From positions 1-37,954 of the forward strand of contig MFPR01000028.1 of the NCBI GenBank assembly GCA_001784175.1: a stretch of 37,954 nt of DNA. Direction: 5' to 3'. Source of the stretch: Candidatus Lindowbacteria bacterium RIFCSPLOWO2_12_FULL_62_27. Lineage in GTDB: Bacteria; Lindowbacteria; 2-12-FULL-62-27. The notes beneath the pieces were generated by a model. The model was not told the origin of the DNA. It saw only the letters and a list, made by a program, of their open reading frames with translations, and did no database searches. This document shows positions 19,478 to 28,119 of the stretch, piece by piece. How positions within the stretch are numbered: position 1 is the first letter of the stretch; each line of letters opens with the position of its first letter. Both the position numbers and the translations under genes were made by a program.

Positions 19478-22400
19478 ATGGCCGCGTTCAGTTCCGCTGC
19501 GGTCCCCGCCGCGCCGGCCGCGCGGCCGCACCGGTTCGACACCTATCTCAAGTCCGTTTTCATCAATATGGTTCGCTATCTCGAAGTCTGCGCATTGCCG
19601 TATCTGGCGGGCATCGCGTCCGGGGTCGGTTTTGACCTGAAAATCCCGCCGGCCGTCTGGGCGGCGCTGTCGACGCTCGGGGTATGGGGAACGGTCCTGG
19701 TCCTCTATGGACCGATCATCCTTCTTCACGCGTTTTTCATCCAGTGGATGAAAACGCGCCACCCGGAACAAAGTCCGATCGTGTTTCTGGAGGACGGCGT
19801 GACGGAACACCGGTGTACGGTCTTCCTGGCCGTCCTCGCGGCCTGCGTATCGATCGTGTTCGGCGTGATCAACTACAATTTCGCGGTCGACATCTCGCAT
19901 CCCCGGCACATTTCGCGGCACGTCGTGAAACCCTGGGAAACCAACCCGGTGAGCCTGGACGGCAAGATCGTCCGGGAGCCGGATTTCCGCGAGCATGCGG
20001 TGTGGCTGTATCTTCAGCCTCGCATGCTCGACGGCCGCGAACCGATCGAAAAGGGCCTCGTGCTCGTCCAGGTGGCCCGGACCGTCGAAGGGTTCGAGGA
20101 ATTCGAGTACGGCCAGCACATCCAGGTGAAGGGCAATCTCGTCGAGCCGGAAGCCGCCACCAATCCCGAGACGTTTGATTACAAGCGCTGGCTCAACAAC
20201 CGGAACGTCTTCGGCCTCATCCGCATCAACAAGCCGGAAAACGTCCGGTACCTGGGCGTCCGCGAATCCAACCCCGTCTTTGATATCTCGCTCTGGGTCA
20301 AGAAAAAATTCCTCGGCATCATGAAACAGACCCTGCCCTACCCGCACTCGGCCTTTCAGGGCGGGATTATCTACGGCCTGAAAACCGGCCTCGATCCGGT
20401 AATCCATTTCGAATTCAAGTGGGCCGGCATGGCCTGGGTCCTCGTCGTCGCCGGCGCGCACCTCCTCATGGTCTACCTCACGCTGAAAATGATATTGGAA
20501 AGCATCCGGCCGAACCCGAAAATCGCCTTCACGGTGCTGTTTGTGCTCCTGATCATGTTCCTGATCCTGACCGGCATCAACCCGCCGACCGTCCGGGCCT
20601 TCATCATGATCATGCTCTACGAATTCACCAAGGTATTCCTGGGCCAGGACATCCGGGCGGCCGTGCGGAGCGCCATCGGGATCGCGGCGTTTTTGCTGCT
20701 GTCCTCGCACGTCTTTCCATATTTTTCTCCGCTCCTCATCTTTGAGCCGACCGTCACGCTCTCCTTCGGCGCGGTGCTGTCGCTCGTGTATCTGTCCCGG
20801 CCGATCGAACACATGCTCCGGCGATACTGCTACGGCATGACCAGCGTGGTCGTGCTCGGGGGTGTGACGGCGTCGCTGGTGTATCTCAGCCTCAAGCGCC
20901 CCGTGACGCTCTCGCTCATGTTCTGGCAGCAGATCCCCATCTGGGTCGTCACGCTCATCTGCGCCGTGATCACCGCGCGCATCAACGACAGGTACCGGGA
21001 CCGGTATCAGCTCGATCAAATTTATCTCGGATACAACGACCCGGCCCGATTTCACGGGTGGCTGCGCTGGATCCATCCGACCTTCCTGACGTACAACAAC
21101 CTTCCCCGCTGGGTTCTCGGCTTCGTCGGCGCGCAGATCGCCATCCAGTTCGGCATGGTCATGCCGCTGTCGAGCTGGTATTTCCAGCGCTCGCCGGTAG
21201 GCGGGCTGCTCGCCAACATCGTCGCGTTTCCGGCGCTTGGCGTGATCATCCAGGTGGGCCTCGTGGCGGTCCTCATCGGCATGATTCCCGTGATCGGCCT
21301 GCCGCTCGCGTTCATTCTGAACGCCGCCGATTATCTGGGCATCGAGCTTCTCATGTTCCTCGCGCGGGTCAGCAAGGAATTTTTCCCGTACCCGATGGCG
21401 ATGAAACCGACGGGGTCACAGCTCCTCCTTTATTACGGAATCCTTTTTGGATTCGTGTTGTTCGACAAGATTTTTTATTCGTTCGAAAAACATGGGTATC
21501 TCACGCTGCGGGAGGTTCTCGAGCAAAAATTCCTGTTCACCAAACGGCCGTTCTACGCGCGGATGATCCGGGTGCTGAGCACGCCCAAACGCGAATGGCT
21601 CTTCGTCGGCGTCGTGGCCGTTTTGCTCGCCGGCGTCGGATGTTACATGGCCCAGGGCCGGAAGCTGGACCATCTCAAGATCATCGTGATGGAACTCGAC
21701 GAAGGCGCCGGCACGGTGATCATGACGCCGGGCGGGACGCGGTTCCTCGTCGACGGCGGCGGCGTCTCATGGAACCCGCGGTTCAACGTCGGCGAACGCA
21801 CCGTCGCGCAGGTCCTCTTGGGACAGCAGATCGAGCACATCGACGCGGTCTTCATCACTTCGTTCAACTCCACCAACATCGGCGGCCTTCCGTTCATCCT
21901 CGAAAATTTTACGGTGGGCCGCGTGTTCGTTCCGTACGATCCCGCGATCCTCACGTCGGACGAGGAATTCACCAGCCACAACTACATGGAACTGGCGGCG
22001 AAGGTCGACCGGGAGGGTGACCGCGCCAAGATTTCGATGATGGTCCGGCGCGGGCGGGTGAGCACGAAGCAGGTGGTGGAATCGATCGAGGCGATCCGAA
22101 AGGCTGTCCGGAGCCGGCAGATTCCCGTGTCGCGTCTGTCGGAGGGCGCGCAGGTCCTCAAGGGCAGCGACGTCCAGATCGATGTCCTGAACCCCGTCGC
22201 GGACAAATCCGCGATGGCGGGCCGCGGCCTCGTCAACAATGGGTTGGTCCTTCGGATCACCTACGGCGGAAACTCGGTCCTGTTGCCGGGCGACCTGGAC
22301 GCCGACGGCGAGGCGGAACTGATCGCACGCGCGAAAAATTTGAAATCGAGATTTGTCCTCGTGCCGGCGCACGGCGACGAGGAATCAAGCGGTGATGCGT

Positions 22401-22771
22401 TTCTGAAAGCCGTGCAACCGGAGTACGCCGCGGTTCAGTACCGCCGGCCTTTCCGGCGCCCGACGGACCGCGCGCGGCTTGATCGCCTGATCCGGCGTCT
22501 CGAATCCGCCGGCATCAAGGTGGACGTCCGGATGGAGGACCTGGATGCCTTTGAGCAGGTGGTCCGGCTCTATGAGGCGGCGGGCGCCAAAGTCCTGCGG
22601 ACGGATCTGAATGGCGCCATCCTCATCGACGCCTGGGCCGACGGCCGCTTCTCGGTATCGCCGATGCTCAAAACCGCGCAGAAGGAAATCGCGGCCGAGA
22701 CGGAAGCCGACGAGTCGGACACCGACGTCCAGGACCGGTCGATGCTCAAGAGCGAAGGGACGGGGTTGTAG
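19478..22771 (+). CDS. comEC: ComEC/Rec2 family DNA-uptake channel (OB/DUF4131, Competence and degenerate metallo-beta-lactamase domains)
   Basis: OB-domain motif QVKGNL.EP..ATNPETFDYKRWL; Competence-like F..AG....VVAGAH, TVRAFIM, TLSF and LLANIVA; MBL-fold LVDGG, LPGDL, VPAHG and RTDLNGAI; many TM segments. Confidence 0.9.
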   Translation: MAAFSSAAVPAAPAARPHRFDTYLKSVFINMVRYLEVCALPYLAGIASGVGFDLKIPPAVWAALSTLGVWGTVLVLYGPIILLHAFFIQWMKTRHPEQSPIVFLEDGVTEHRCTVFLAVLAACVSIVFGVINYNFAVDISHPRHISRHVVKPWETNPVSLDGKIVREPDFREHAVWLYLQPRMLDGREPIEKGLVLVQVARTVEGFEEFEYGQHIQVKGNLVEPEAATNPETFDYKRWLNNRNVFGLIRINKPENVRYLGVRESNPVFDISLWVKKKFLGIMKQTLPYPHSAFQGGIIYGLKTGLDPVIHFEFKWAGMAWVLVVAGAHLLMVYLTLKMILESIRPNPKIAFTVLFVLLIMFLILTGINPPTVRAFIMIMLYEFTKVFLGQDIRAAVRSAIGIAAFLLLSSHVFPYFSPLLIFEPTVTLSFGAVLSLVYLSRPIEHMLRRYCYGMTSVVVLGGVTASLVYLSLKRPVTLSLMFWQQIPIWVVTLICAVITARINDRYRDRYQLDQIYLGYNDPARFHGWLRWIHPTFLTYNNLPRWVLGFVGAQIAIQFGMVMPLSSWYFQRSPVGGLLANIVAFPALGVIIQVGLVAVLIGMIPVIGLPLAFILNAADYLGIELLMFLARVSKEFFPYPMAMKPTGSQLLLYYGILFGFVLFDKIFYSFEKHGYLTLREVLEQKFLFTKRPFYARMIRVLSTPKREWLFVGVVAVLLAGVGCYMAQGRKLDHLKIIVMELDEGAGTVIMTPGGTRFLVDGGGVSWNPRFNVGERTVAQVLLGQQIEHIDAVFITSFNSTNIGGLPFILENFTVGRVFVPYDPAILTSDEEFTSHNYMELAAKVDREGDRAKISMMVRRGRVSTKQVVESIEAIRKAVRSRQIPVSRLSEGAQVLKGSDVQIDVLNPVADKSAMAGRGLVNNGLVLRITYGGNSVLLPGDLDADGEAELIARAKNLKSRFVLVPAHGDEESSGDAFLKAVQPEYAAVQYRRPFRRPTDRARLDRLIRRLESAGIKVDVRMEDLDAFEQVVRLYEAAGAKVLRTDLNGAILIDAWADGRFSVSPMLKTAQKEIAAETEADESDTDVQDRSMLKSEGTGL

Positions 22772-24641
22772 CTTTTTCTCTCTGCCGGACCGCCTGCATG
22801 ATCGCGCGTTTTGAAATGTCCTCATAATCTAGCAGTTCCTCGGGTTTGCCGCTCTTCGGAAGTTTCCTCACGGCCAGTTTCGTGACGCGCACGGGTGTGT
22901 CCGCAAGCGCGCTCAGCACGGCCTCGCCCAGGCCGCCCTCCGCGAAGTGGTCCTCGACGGTGACGATGTGTCCGGTGTCGGCCGCGGCTTTTCTCAGAGT
23001 CTGGGCGTCGATGGGTTTGATGCTGTACAGATCGATGACGCGTATGGGGGTGCCGTCGCGCCGAAGCTCTTCGGCGGCGGCGAGCGCCTCGTGCAGCGTG
23101 ATGCCCGCCGCAACCACCGTGGCCGCGTCCCGGTCGCTCTGCCGTAAAACCTTGCACCCGCCGATGGGAAACTCGTCCTGCGGGCCGTAGAGGAGGGGCG
23201 TTTCCTTGCGCGTCGTTCGGAGATACACCATCCCGACATGACGCGCCGCCTCCTCCACGAGTCTGGCTGCCGACCATGCGTCGGCCGGATAGAGAACGAC
23301 ACTGCCGAGGATCGCGCGGAACATCGCGATTTCCTCCAGCCCCATCTGGGACGGGCCGTCCTCGCCGATGGAAACGCCGGCGTGTGATCCGACGAATTTG
23401 ATGTTCGCACGCGAATACTGGCTCATCCGGATCTGATCGTACGCGCGCGTCAGAAAGGCGGCAAAGGTCGAAACAAACGGGATTTTGCCCCGGCGTGAGA
23501 GGCCCAGCGCAACGCCGGCCATGTTCTGCTCTGCGATGTACATTTCGAAAAACCGGTCCGGATGGGCCTGCGCAAAGATTTCGGCGTAGGTGGAATTGCT
23601 TGTTTCCGCGTCGAGCACGACGATGTTCGGATATTTTTTGAAGGCCGTCACCAGCGCCTGCCCGTAGGCTTTCCGCGTCGGCGTCGGCTTGTCAAACGCC
23701 AGCGGCGCCGCGCGCTCCACGGCCGGTTTCCGCGCGCCGGGGGGAATTTTGTACGGCAACGGTTTGGCCGGCGCCGCCGTCAAAGACTGATCGACGGGCC
23801 CGAGTTCCTTCAGGACGCGATCGAGTTCCTGCGGCGTCACGGGCTTGCCGTGCCAGTTGTCCTTGTCGGCCAGATACCGCGTTCCGGCGCCTTTCAACGT
23901 TTTCGCCACGATCATGACGGGCTTGCCCCGTACCGCGATCGCCTGCCGGTATGCCGCGAGGATTTTCGGAAGCGAGTGCCCGTCGACCGACAGCGTGTGC
24001 CATCCGAAGGCCGATACGCGCCGAATGTATGCTTGGATGTCGTGACCATACATTGTCTGGCCGCGCTGCCCCAGCCGGTTGACATCGAGGATTCCGACGA
24101 GATTGTCGAGCTTGTAATGCGCAGCGATCTGAATGGCTTCCCATTGGGATCCTTCCGCCATCTCGCTGTCGCCGAGAAGCACGTATGTCCGGTAGCCGAC
24201 GCGGTCGAGGTACTTCGCATTGAGCGCCATCCCGACTCCGATGGAAAGTCCCTGCCCGAGCGACCCGGTGGCGGCCTCGGTGTAGGGAAAGGCCATGGCC
24301 GGATGGCCTTCGAGCGGGCTGTTCAATTTGCGCAGCGTCAGAAGTTCTGATGGAGTGAGCTTGCCGGCCACCGAAAAGAGCGCATAGAAAAGCGGCGATG
24401 CGTGACCTTTGGAGAAGATCAGCCGGTCGTTGTTGGGATGCTCCGGCCGGTCGAGGTCGAAGCGGAATATCCCGCCGAACATCAGCGCCGTCATGAGGTC
24501 CGTCGCCGACATCGATGAGGTCGGATGGCCGGACCCGGCCCGCGTGGTGGACATGAGAATGTGATGCCGGATCAGCCGTGCGATCCCGGCCAGCCGGCCG
24601 TCTTTGAGAGGTATGGATTTTTTTCGTCGCACTCTCACCAT
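22746..24641 (-). CDS. tkt: Transketolase, animal-TKT-like single-chain type (~630 aa)
   Basis: SGHPTSS, NDRLIFSKGH, ATGSLGQG, LLGDSEMAEG, NRLGQ, TRKAYGQAL, IAEQNM, GSHAGVSIGEDGPSQM, VEDH and PKSGKPEELL. ATG 24641 is preferred over the ORF-track start 24656. The 3' end overlaps comEC by 26 bp. Confidence 0.93.
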   Translation of the reverse strand: MVRVRRKKSIPLKDGRLAGIARLIRHHILMSTTRAGSGHPTSSMSATDLMTALMFGGIFRFDLDRPEHPNNDRLIFSKGHASPLFYALFSVAGKLTPSELLTLRKLNSPLEGHPAMAFPYTEAATGSLGQGLSIGVGMALNAKYLDRVGYRTYVLLGDSEMAEGSQWEAIQIAAHYKLDNLVGILDVNRLGQRGQTMYGHDIQAYIRRVSAFGWHTLSVDGHSLPKILAAYRQAIAVRGKPVMIVAKTLKGAGTRYLADKDNWHGKPVTPQELDRVLKELGPVDQSLTAAPAKPLPYKIPPGARKPAVERAAPLAFDKPTPTRKAYGQALVTAFKKYPNIVVLDAETSNSTYAEIFAQAHPDRFFEMYIAEQNMAGVALGLSRRGKIPFVSTFAAFLTRAYDQIRMSQYSRANIKFVGSHAGVSIGEDGPSQMGLEEIAMFRAILGSVVLYPADAWSAARLVEEAARHVGMVYLRTTRKETPLLYGPQDEFPIGGCKVLRQSDRDAATVVAAGITLHEALAAAEELRRDGTPIRVIDLYSIKPIDAQTLRKAAADTGHIVTVEDHFAEGGLGEAVLSALADTPVRVTKLAVRKLPKSGKPEELLDYEDISKRAIMQAVRQREKATTPSLRS

Positions 24642-24698
24642 TTGATTATGATACACCGATTCGTTCGAAAGACAAGTTTGGTTTTAAGTTTTTTGAAT

Positions 24699-25613
24699 TC
24701 AGTCCCCGTTCAGCGCGTCCTCCACGCTCAGCGGCAAGCGTCGTCCCGGCGTGCCGTCGCGTTTGAATTTTTCAAAAAAATATTTCGTGATCGCCGGCGG
24801 CTCCAGCCGCGCGTGCTCCAGAAGCGGGATGTCGGTCAGGACGCCCCGGGCGTCGCGGTCGGCAAGCAGCCGGCCGGTTTCCATCACCAGCACGCGCTCT
24901 GCGACCTGCGGGACCAGGTCCATTTCGTGCGTGACGATCAGAAACGCGTATTTGTGCCGCCGGTTCAGATGCCGGATGAGTTCCACGAGATGGCGCATGG
25001 CGGCCGGATCGAGGCCGGAGGTCGGTTCGTCGAGGACCAGGAGCGGCGCGCGCATCGCGATGAGGCCGGCGAGCGCGACGCGCTTCATCTCGCCGAGGCT
25101 CAGATGGTGGATGGGTCGCTGCGCCAGATGTTCCGCCTCGGTGAGTTTGAGCGCCTCCATCACGCGCACCCGGATTTCGTCCTTCGGAAGGCCGATCCCC
25201 TCCAACCCGAACGCGACGTCCTCGGATACATGGCTGCAGAAGAGCTGGTCGTTCGGGTCCTGAAACAGGATGCCGACACGGCGAAACGCCTGGGATGCGG
25301 CATCCCGCGTGAGTTCCGCGCCGCCGAGCGCGATCGCGCCGCGGTCCGGCCGCAGCAAGCCGGCGATGACCTTGAGAAGCGTCGTTTTGCCGGATCCGTT
25401 CGGCCCGCAGAGCGCGACCGTCTCGCCGGGCTGAATGCAAAACGAGATGCCGGACAGGATCGGCAGGCCGTCATGGTAGGAGAAATGGATATCGTTGCAT
25501 TCCAGGACCGGCCGGCCGTTGACGGGCAGAAGGGGCGAGAGATCGCACGTGTCGCAGGCGGGCGCCGCCGATTCCGGCGGCTCCTCGGCGCCGAATAAAA
25601 ATTTCAGGTTCAT
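24699..25613 (-). CDS. cbiO: ECF transporter ATPase (CbiO)
   Basis: Walker A GPNGSGKT, Q-loop FQDPNDQLF, signature LSLGE, Walker B LVLDEPTSGLD and VTH. ATGA overlap with cbiQ. Confidence 0.9.
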   Translation of the reverse strand: MNLKFLFGAEEPPESAAPACDTCDLSPLLPVNGRPVLECNDIHFSYHDGLPILSGISFCIQPGETVALCGPNGSGKTTLLKVIAGLLRPDRGAIALGGAELTRDAASQAFRRVGILFQDPNDQLFCSHVSEDVAFGLEGIGLPKDEIRVRVMEALKLTEAEHLAQRPIHHLSLGEMKRVALAGLIAMRAPLLVLDEPTSGLDPAAMRHLVELIRHLNRRHKYAFLIVTHEMDLVPQVAERVLVMETGRLLADRDARGVLTDIPLLEHARLEPPAITKYFFEKFKRDGTPGRRLPLSVEDALNGD

Positions 25614-26290
25614 GAAACGCCCCCGCGCGCGCGAATGCTCAGATCAATTCGCTCCGCTCGATCGTAGGCCTGCAGGAAAATCTGCGCGGCCAGCCGGGAG
25701 GTGGTGTCGATCCGTCGTGCGCGGTTCGACATCCCGCCCCTCGCCTTCGCGGCGGTCCACATCCGGTCGAATTCGTCCCAGAGAAGAAAAACGTAGCGGT
25801 ACATGAAGGCCAGCGTGTCAACCAGGACGCCGGGCACTCGGATTTTCCGGAGGACGGCGATTTGTTCCGTAAACGGCGTCGTGAGAAAAAGCGCCGCCAT
25901 CCACGCCATGTCGCACGCGACCCGCGCGGCCGCCGCGATTCCCTCTCGCAGGCCCTCCCGGTAGGCCGTGAGCGGGCCAAACGACCAGATCGGAGTTGCG
26001 CCGAATCCGAACGAAAAGCCGATGACCACCACCAGCGTCGCCCATGCGGGCGCCAGGAAGAAGAGCAGGAATTGGCGGCGCGGGATGCGCGAGCCGATGA
26101 GAAGAATCCCCGCCACGGCGAACAAGAGGAGACTCACCGGCAGCTTCGCCACCGTCACGTTGGCCGCGACGGCGGTCACGGCCAGAAACATCTTGAGGCC
26201 GGCGCCGGCAGACCGCCAGCCCTTGGGCGGTGCAGCGAACAGATGCTCCTCGATTTCGAGATAATCTCTAAGAGAAAGTTTTCCGCTCAT
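25610..26290 (-). CDS. cbiQ: ECF transporter transmembrane T component (CbiQ)
   Basis: Hydrophobic protein with TTPF, MYRYVFLL and two ARG motifs (AKARGG, IRARGG). Lies between cbiM and cbiO. ATG 26290 preferred. Confidence 0.88.
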   Translation of the reverse strand: MSGKLSLRDYLEIEEHLFAAPPKGWRSAGAGLKMFLAVTAVAANVTVAKLPVSLLLFAVAGILLIGSRIPRRQFLLFFLAPAWATLVVVIGFSFGFGATPIWSFGPLTAYREGLREGIAAAARVACDMAWMAALFLTTPFTEQIAVLRKIRVPGVLVDTLAFMYRYVFLLWDEFDRMWTAAKARGGMSNRARRIDTTSRLAAQIFLQAYDRAERIDLSIRARGGVS

Positions 26291-27218
26291 CTCGTCCCCC
26301 AAACAGGAGGTGCCACCACCGGCCGATCACAAAACCGCTCACGCCGCCTGCGGCCAAAAGAAGCGTGTTCCACAGGTCGCCCATCGACTCCGTGTCGATG
26401 TATGGCGCGCGCGGCGTGGCCCCCGCCTCCTCCGCGATCCTCTCGTTCACCGCCTCGTCCATCCCGGCGAACGTCCCGGCCTGCGCCGGAGTCGCCGCGC
26501 CGAGCGCCATCGCGAGGAGCAGGAGCGGCGCGAGAACGGGTTTCGATGCGCGCGAAATCACGCCGAGCGATTCGAGGACCTCTGGGCGCCGGACAAAAAT
26601 GTAATGGATGGCCAAGCCGGTGACGAACATTTCCCCGATCGCGATCGGTCCCTGCGTCGGAAGATAGGCTGAATAAATGGCCGCCAAGTATCCGCCCCAC
26701 GAATATTGCGGCTGCGGTGAAATCGACAGCACCGTGCCGAGGCTCAGGCCCGCCAGCACGTACGTCATGACGTCCCCGACCAGCCCGCCGGCCGCAGCCG
26801 CCGCGCGGATCGAACAGCCCGCCCGGAGCGCCACGCGGTAGGCCAGCCAGCCGAAAAACGCGCCGCCGATACCCAGCGTGATGAGGTTGGCGCCCCACGT
26901 CGAAAATCCGCCGTGGGCGAAAAACGCCGCTTGCAGGAGAAGCGACAGGCCCGTCAGCGCGATGCCGACCCACGGCCCCAGCAAGATGCCGGCCAGCGGC
27001 GATCCGCACGGATGCGAGCAGGTCCCCGTGAAGGCGGGGATCGGAATGAGCGACACGAAAAAGATAAAGGCCCCGCCCATGCCCAGAAGCGGTTTGCGTT
27101 CCGGGTTATCCTGCACAAACGTTTTCATTTTCCGGGCGCCGACCGCCATCAAGCTCACGCCGGCGGCGGTATAGGCGACGGCGGGCCAGCCCCTGATGAT
27201 TCCCTCGGTGATGTGCAT
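26268..27218 (-). CDS. cbiM: Cobalt ECF S component CbiM with a fused C-terminal CbiN-like accessory segment
   Basis: N-terminal metal-binding MHITEG, TCSHP, QAAFFAHGG.STWGAN and TQGPIAIGE, followed by ~90 extra residues (GMDEAVNERIAEEAG..PRAPYI....GDL...AGGVSGFVIG). RBS AAGGAG. Confidence 0.9.
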   Translation of the reverse strand: MHITEGIIRGWPAVAYTAAGVSLMAVGARKMKTFVQDNPERKPLLGMGGAFIFFVSLIPIPAFTGTCSHPCGSPLAGILLGPWVGIALTGLSLLLQAAFFAHGGFSTWGANLITLGIGGAFFGWLAYRVALRAGCSIRAAAAAGGLVGDVMTYVLAGLSLGTVLSISPQPQYSWGGYLAAIYSAYLPTQGPIAIGEMFVTGLAIHYIFVRRPEVLESLGVISRASKPVLAPLLLLAMALGAATPAQAGTFAGMDEAVNERIAEEAGATPRAPYIDTESMGDLWNTLLLAAGGVSGFVIGRWWHLLFGGRDERKTFS

Positions 27219-27252
27219 CTGCCACTCCTTAGAAAATGCAATTGAACAGCAA

Positions 27253-27280
27253 ATTTTAACACACCCGCGGCTGGTGTCAA
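27253..27280 (-). promoter_or_regulatory. Sigma70-type promoter of cbiMQO
   Basis: TTGACA (27280-27275), 16 nt, then TAAAAT (27258-27253) with a TGn extended -10; 34 nt separate the -10 from the cbiM ATG. Confidence 0.75.
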
Positions 27281-27291
27281 ATGGGTTGATT

Positions 27292-27333
27292 CCCCCCTCT
27301 CCCCCTTGTGGGGAGAGGGTTGGGGTGAGGGGG
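27292..27333 (+). repeat. BoxC/REP-like palindromic repeat, copy 1
   Basis: CCCTCTCCCC-cttgt-GGGGAGAGGG-TTGGGGTGAGGG, just past the SDR stop codon. Confidence 0.85.
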
Positions 27334-27339
27334 TTGGGC

Positions 27340-28071
27340 TTACCGGGACATGTACCGGCCGCCGTTGAGGGTTACGCACTGGCCGGTGACGGAGGGGCTT
27401 TCGATGAGGAACCGGACCGCGCGCGCGACTTCCTCCGGCGCGACGATCCGCTTCAACAGGTCGAGGTCCTTGAGCTTGCGTTTGAGTTCGTCGCCCAAAA
27501 ACTCGGTGTCGACCGGTCCGGGCGCGATGCAGTTGACCTGGATGCCGGGCGCCAGTTCCTTCGCGAGCGCCTGGGTCATCGAGATGACGGCGCCCTTCGA
27601 TGCGGCGTAGCCGACGCCGATCGTGCCGCCGGTCTGGCCGGCGATGCTGGAGAGGTTGATGATGTGCGCCGGCGCCGCCTTGCGCAGGAGCGGCAGGAGC
27701 GCCTTGGTCAGGAAAAAAATGGACGTGAGATTGTTGGCGATCAGATCATTCCATTCATCCGTCGGAATCGACTCGATCGGATAATGCCGCGGCATCACGC
27801 CCGCGTTGTTGACGAGAACGTCCAGCCGGTCCGTTTGACGCGCAAGGTCGCCCGACAACTTGCCGACGGACGACTCGCTCGATACGTCGCATTTGAACAG
27901 CGTAACCCTGCGATGGCTCGCCGACTGGATCGTGTCCCGGCATGCTTCAGCGGCCTGATCGTTCGACCGGTAAACCAAAAACAGGTCGCAGCCGTTTTCC
28001 GCCAGGTTCTGTGCAATGGCCTTGCCGATCCCTCTCGTGCCTCCCGTGATCAGTGCCACACGCGCCATCAT
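27340..28071 (-). CDS. Short-chain dehydrogenase/reductase, FabG-like
   Basis: TGGTRGIG, LVNNAG, NLSS, YAASK, VNCIAPG and VTGQ...NGG. Start at 28071 or 28068; the ORF-track extension runs through a repeat element. Confidence 0.92.
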   Translation of the reverse strand: MMARVALITGGTRGIGKAIAQNLAENGCDLFLVYRSNDQAAEACRDTIQSASHRRVTLFKCDVSSESSVGKLSGDLARQTDRLDVLVNNAGVMPRHYPIESIPTDEWNDLIANNLTSIFFLTKALLPLLRKAAPAHIINLSSIAGQTGGTIGVGYAASKGAVISMTQALAKELAPGIQVNCIAPGPVDTEFLGDELKRKLKDLDLLKRIVAPEEVARAVRFLIESPSVTGQCVTLNGGRYMSR

Positions 28072-28119
28072 ACCGTCATGGAAACAGGGAGGTGCGGGCA
28101 AGTCAAGCTTGGTGGATAT

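Noticed and set aside
12487-21076. Very long antisense ORFs (947, 850 and 797 aa; also 4529-7078, 849 aa)
   Set aside because: They shadow well-supported genes on the opposite strand, are expected from GC-rich codon bias, and show no recognisable motifs.
19478-22771. comEC as a pseudogene
   Set aside because: The 1097-codon frame is uninterrupted and keeps all three domains and their structural motifs. The losses are concentrated at catalytic residues.
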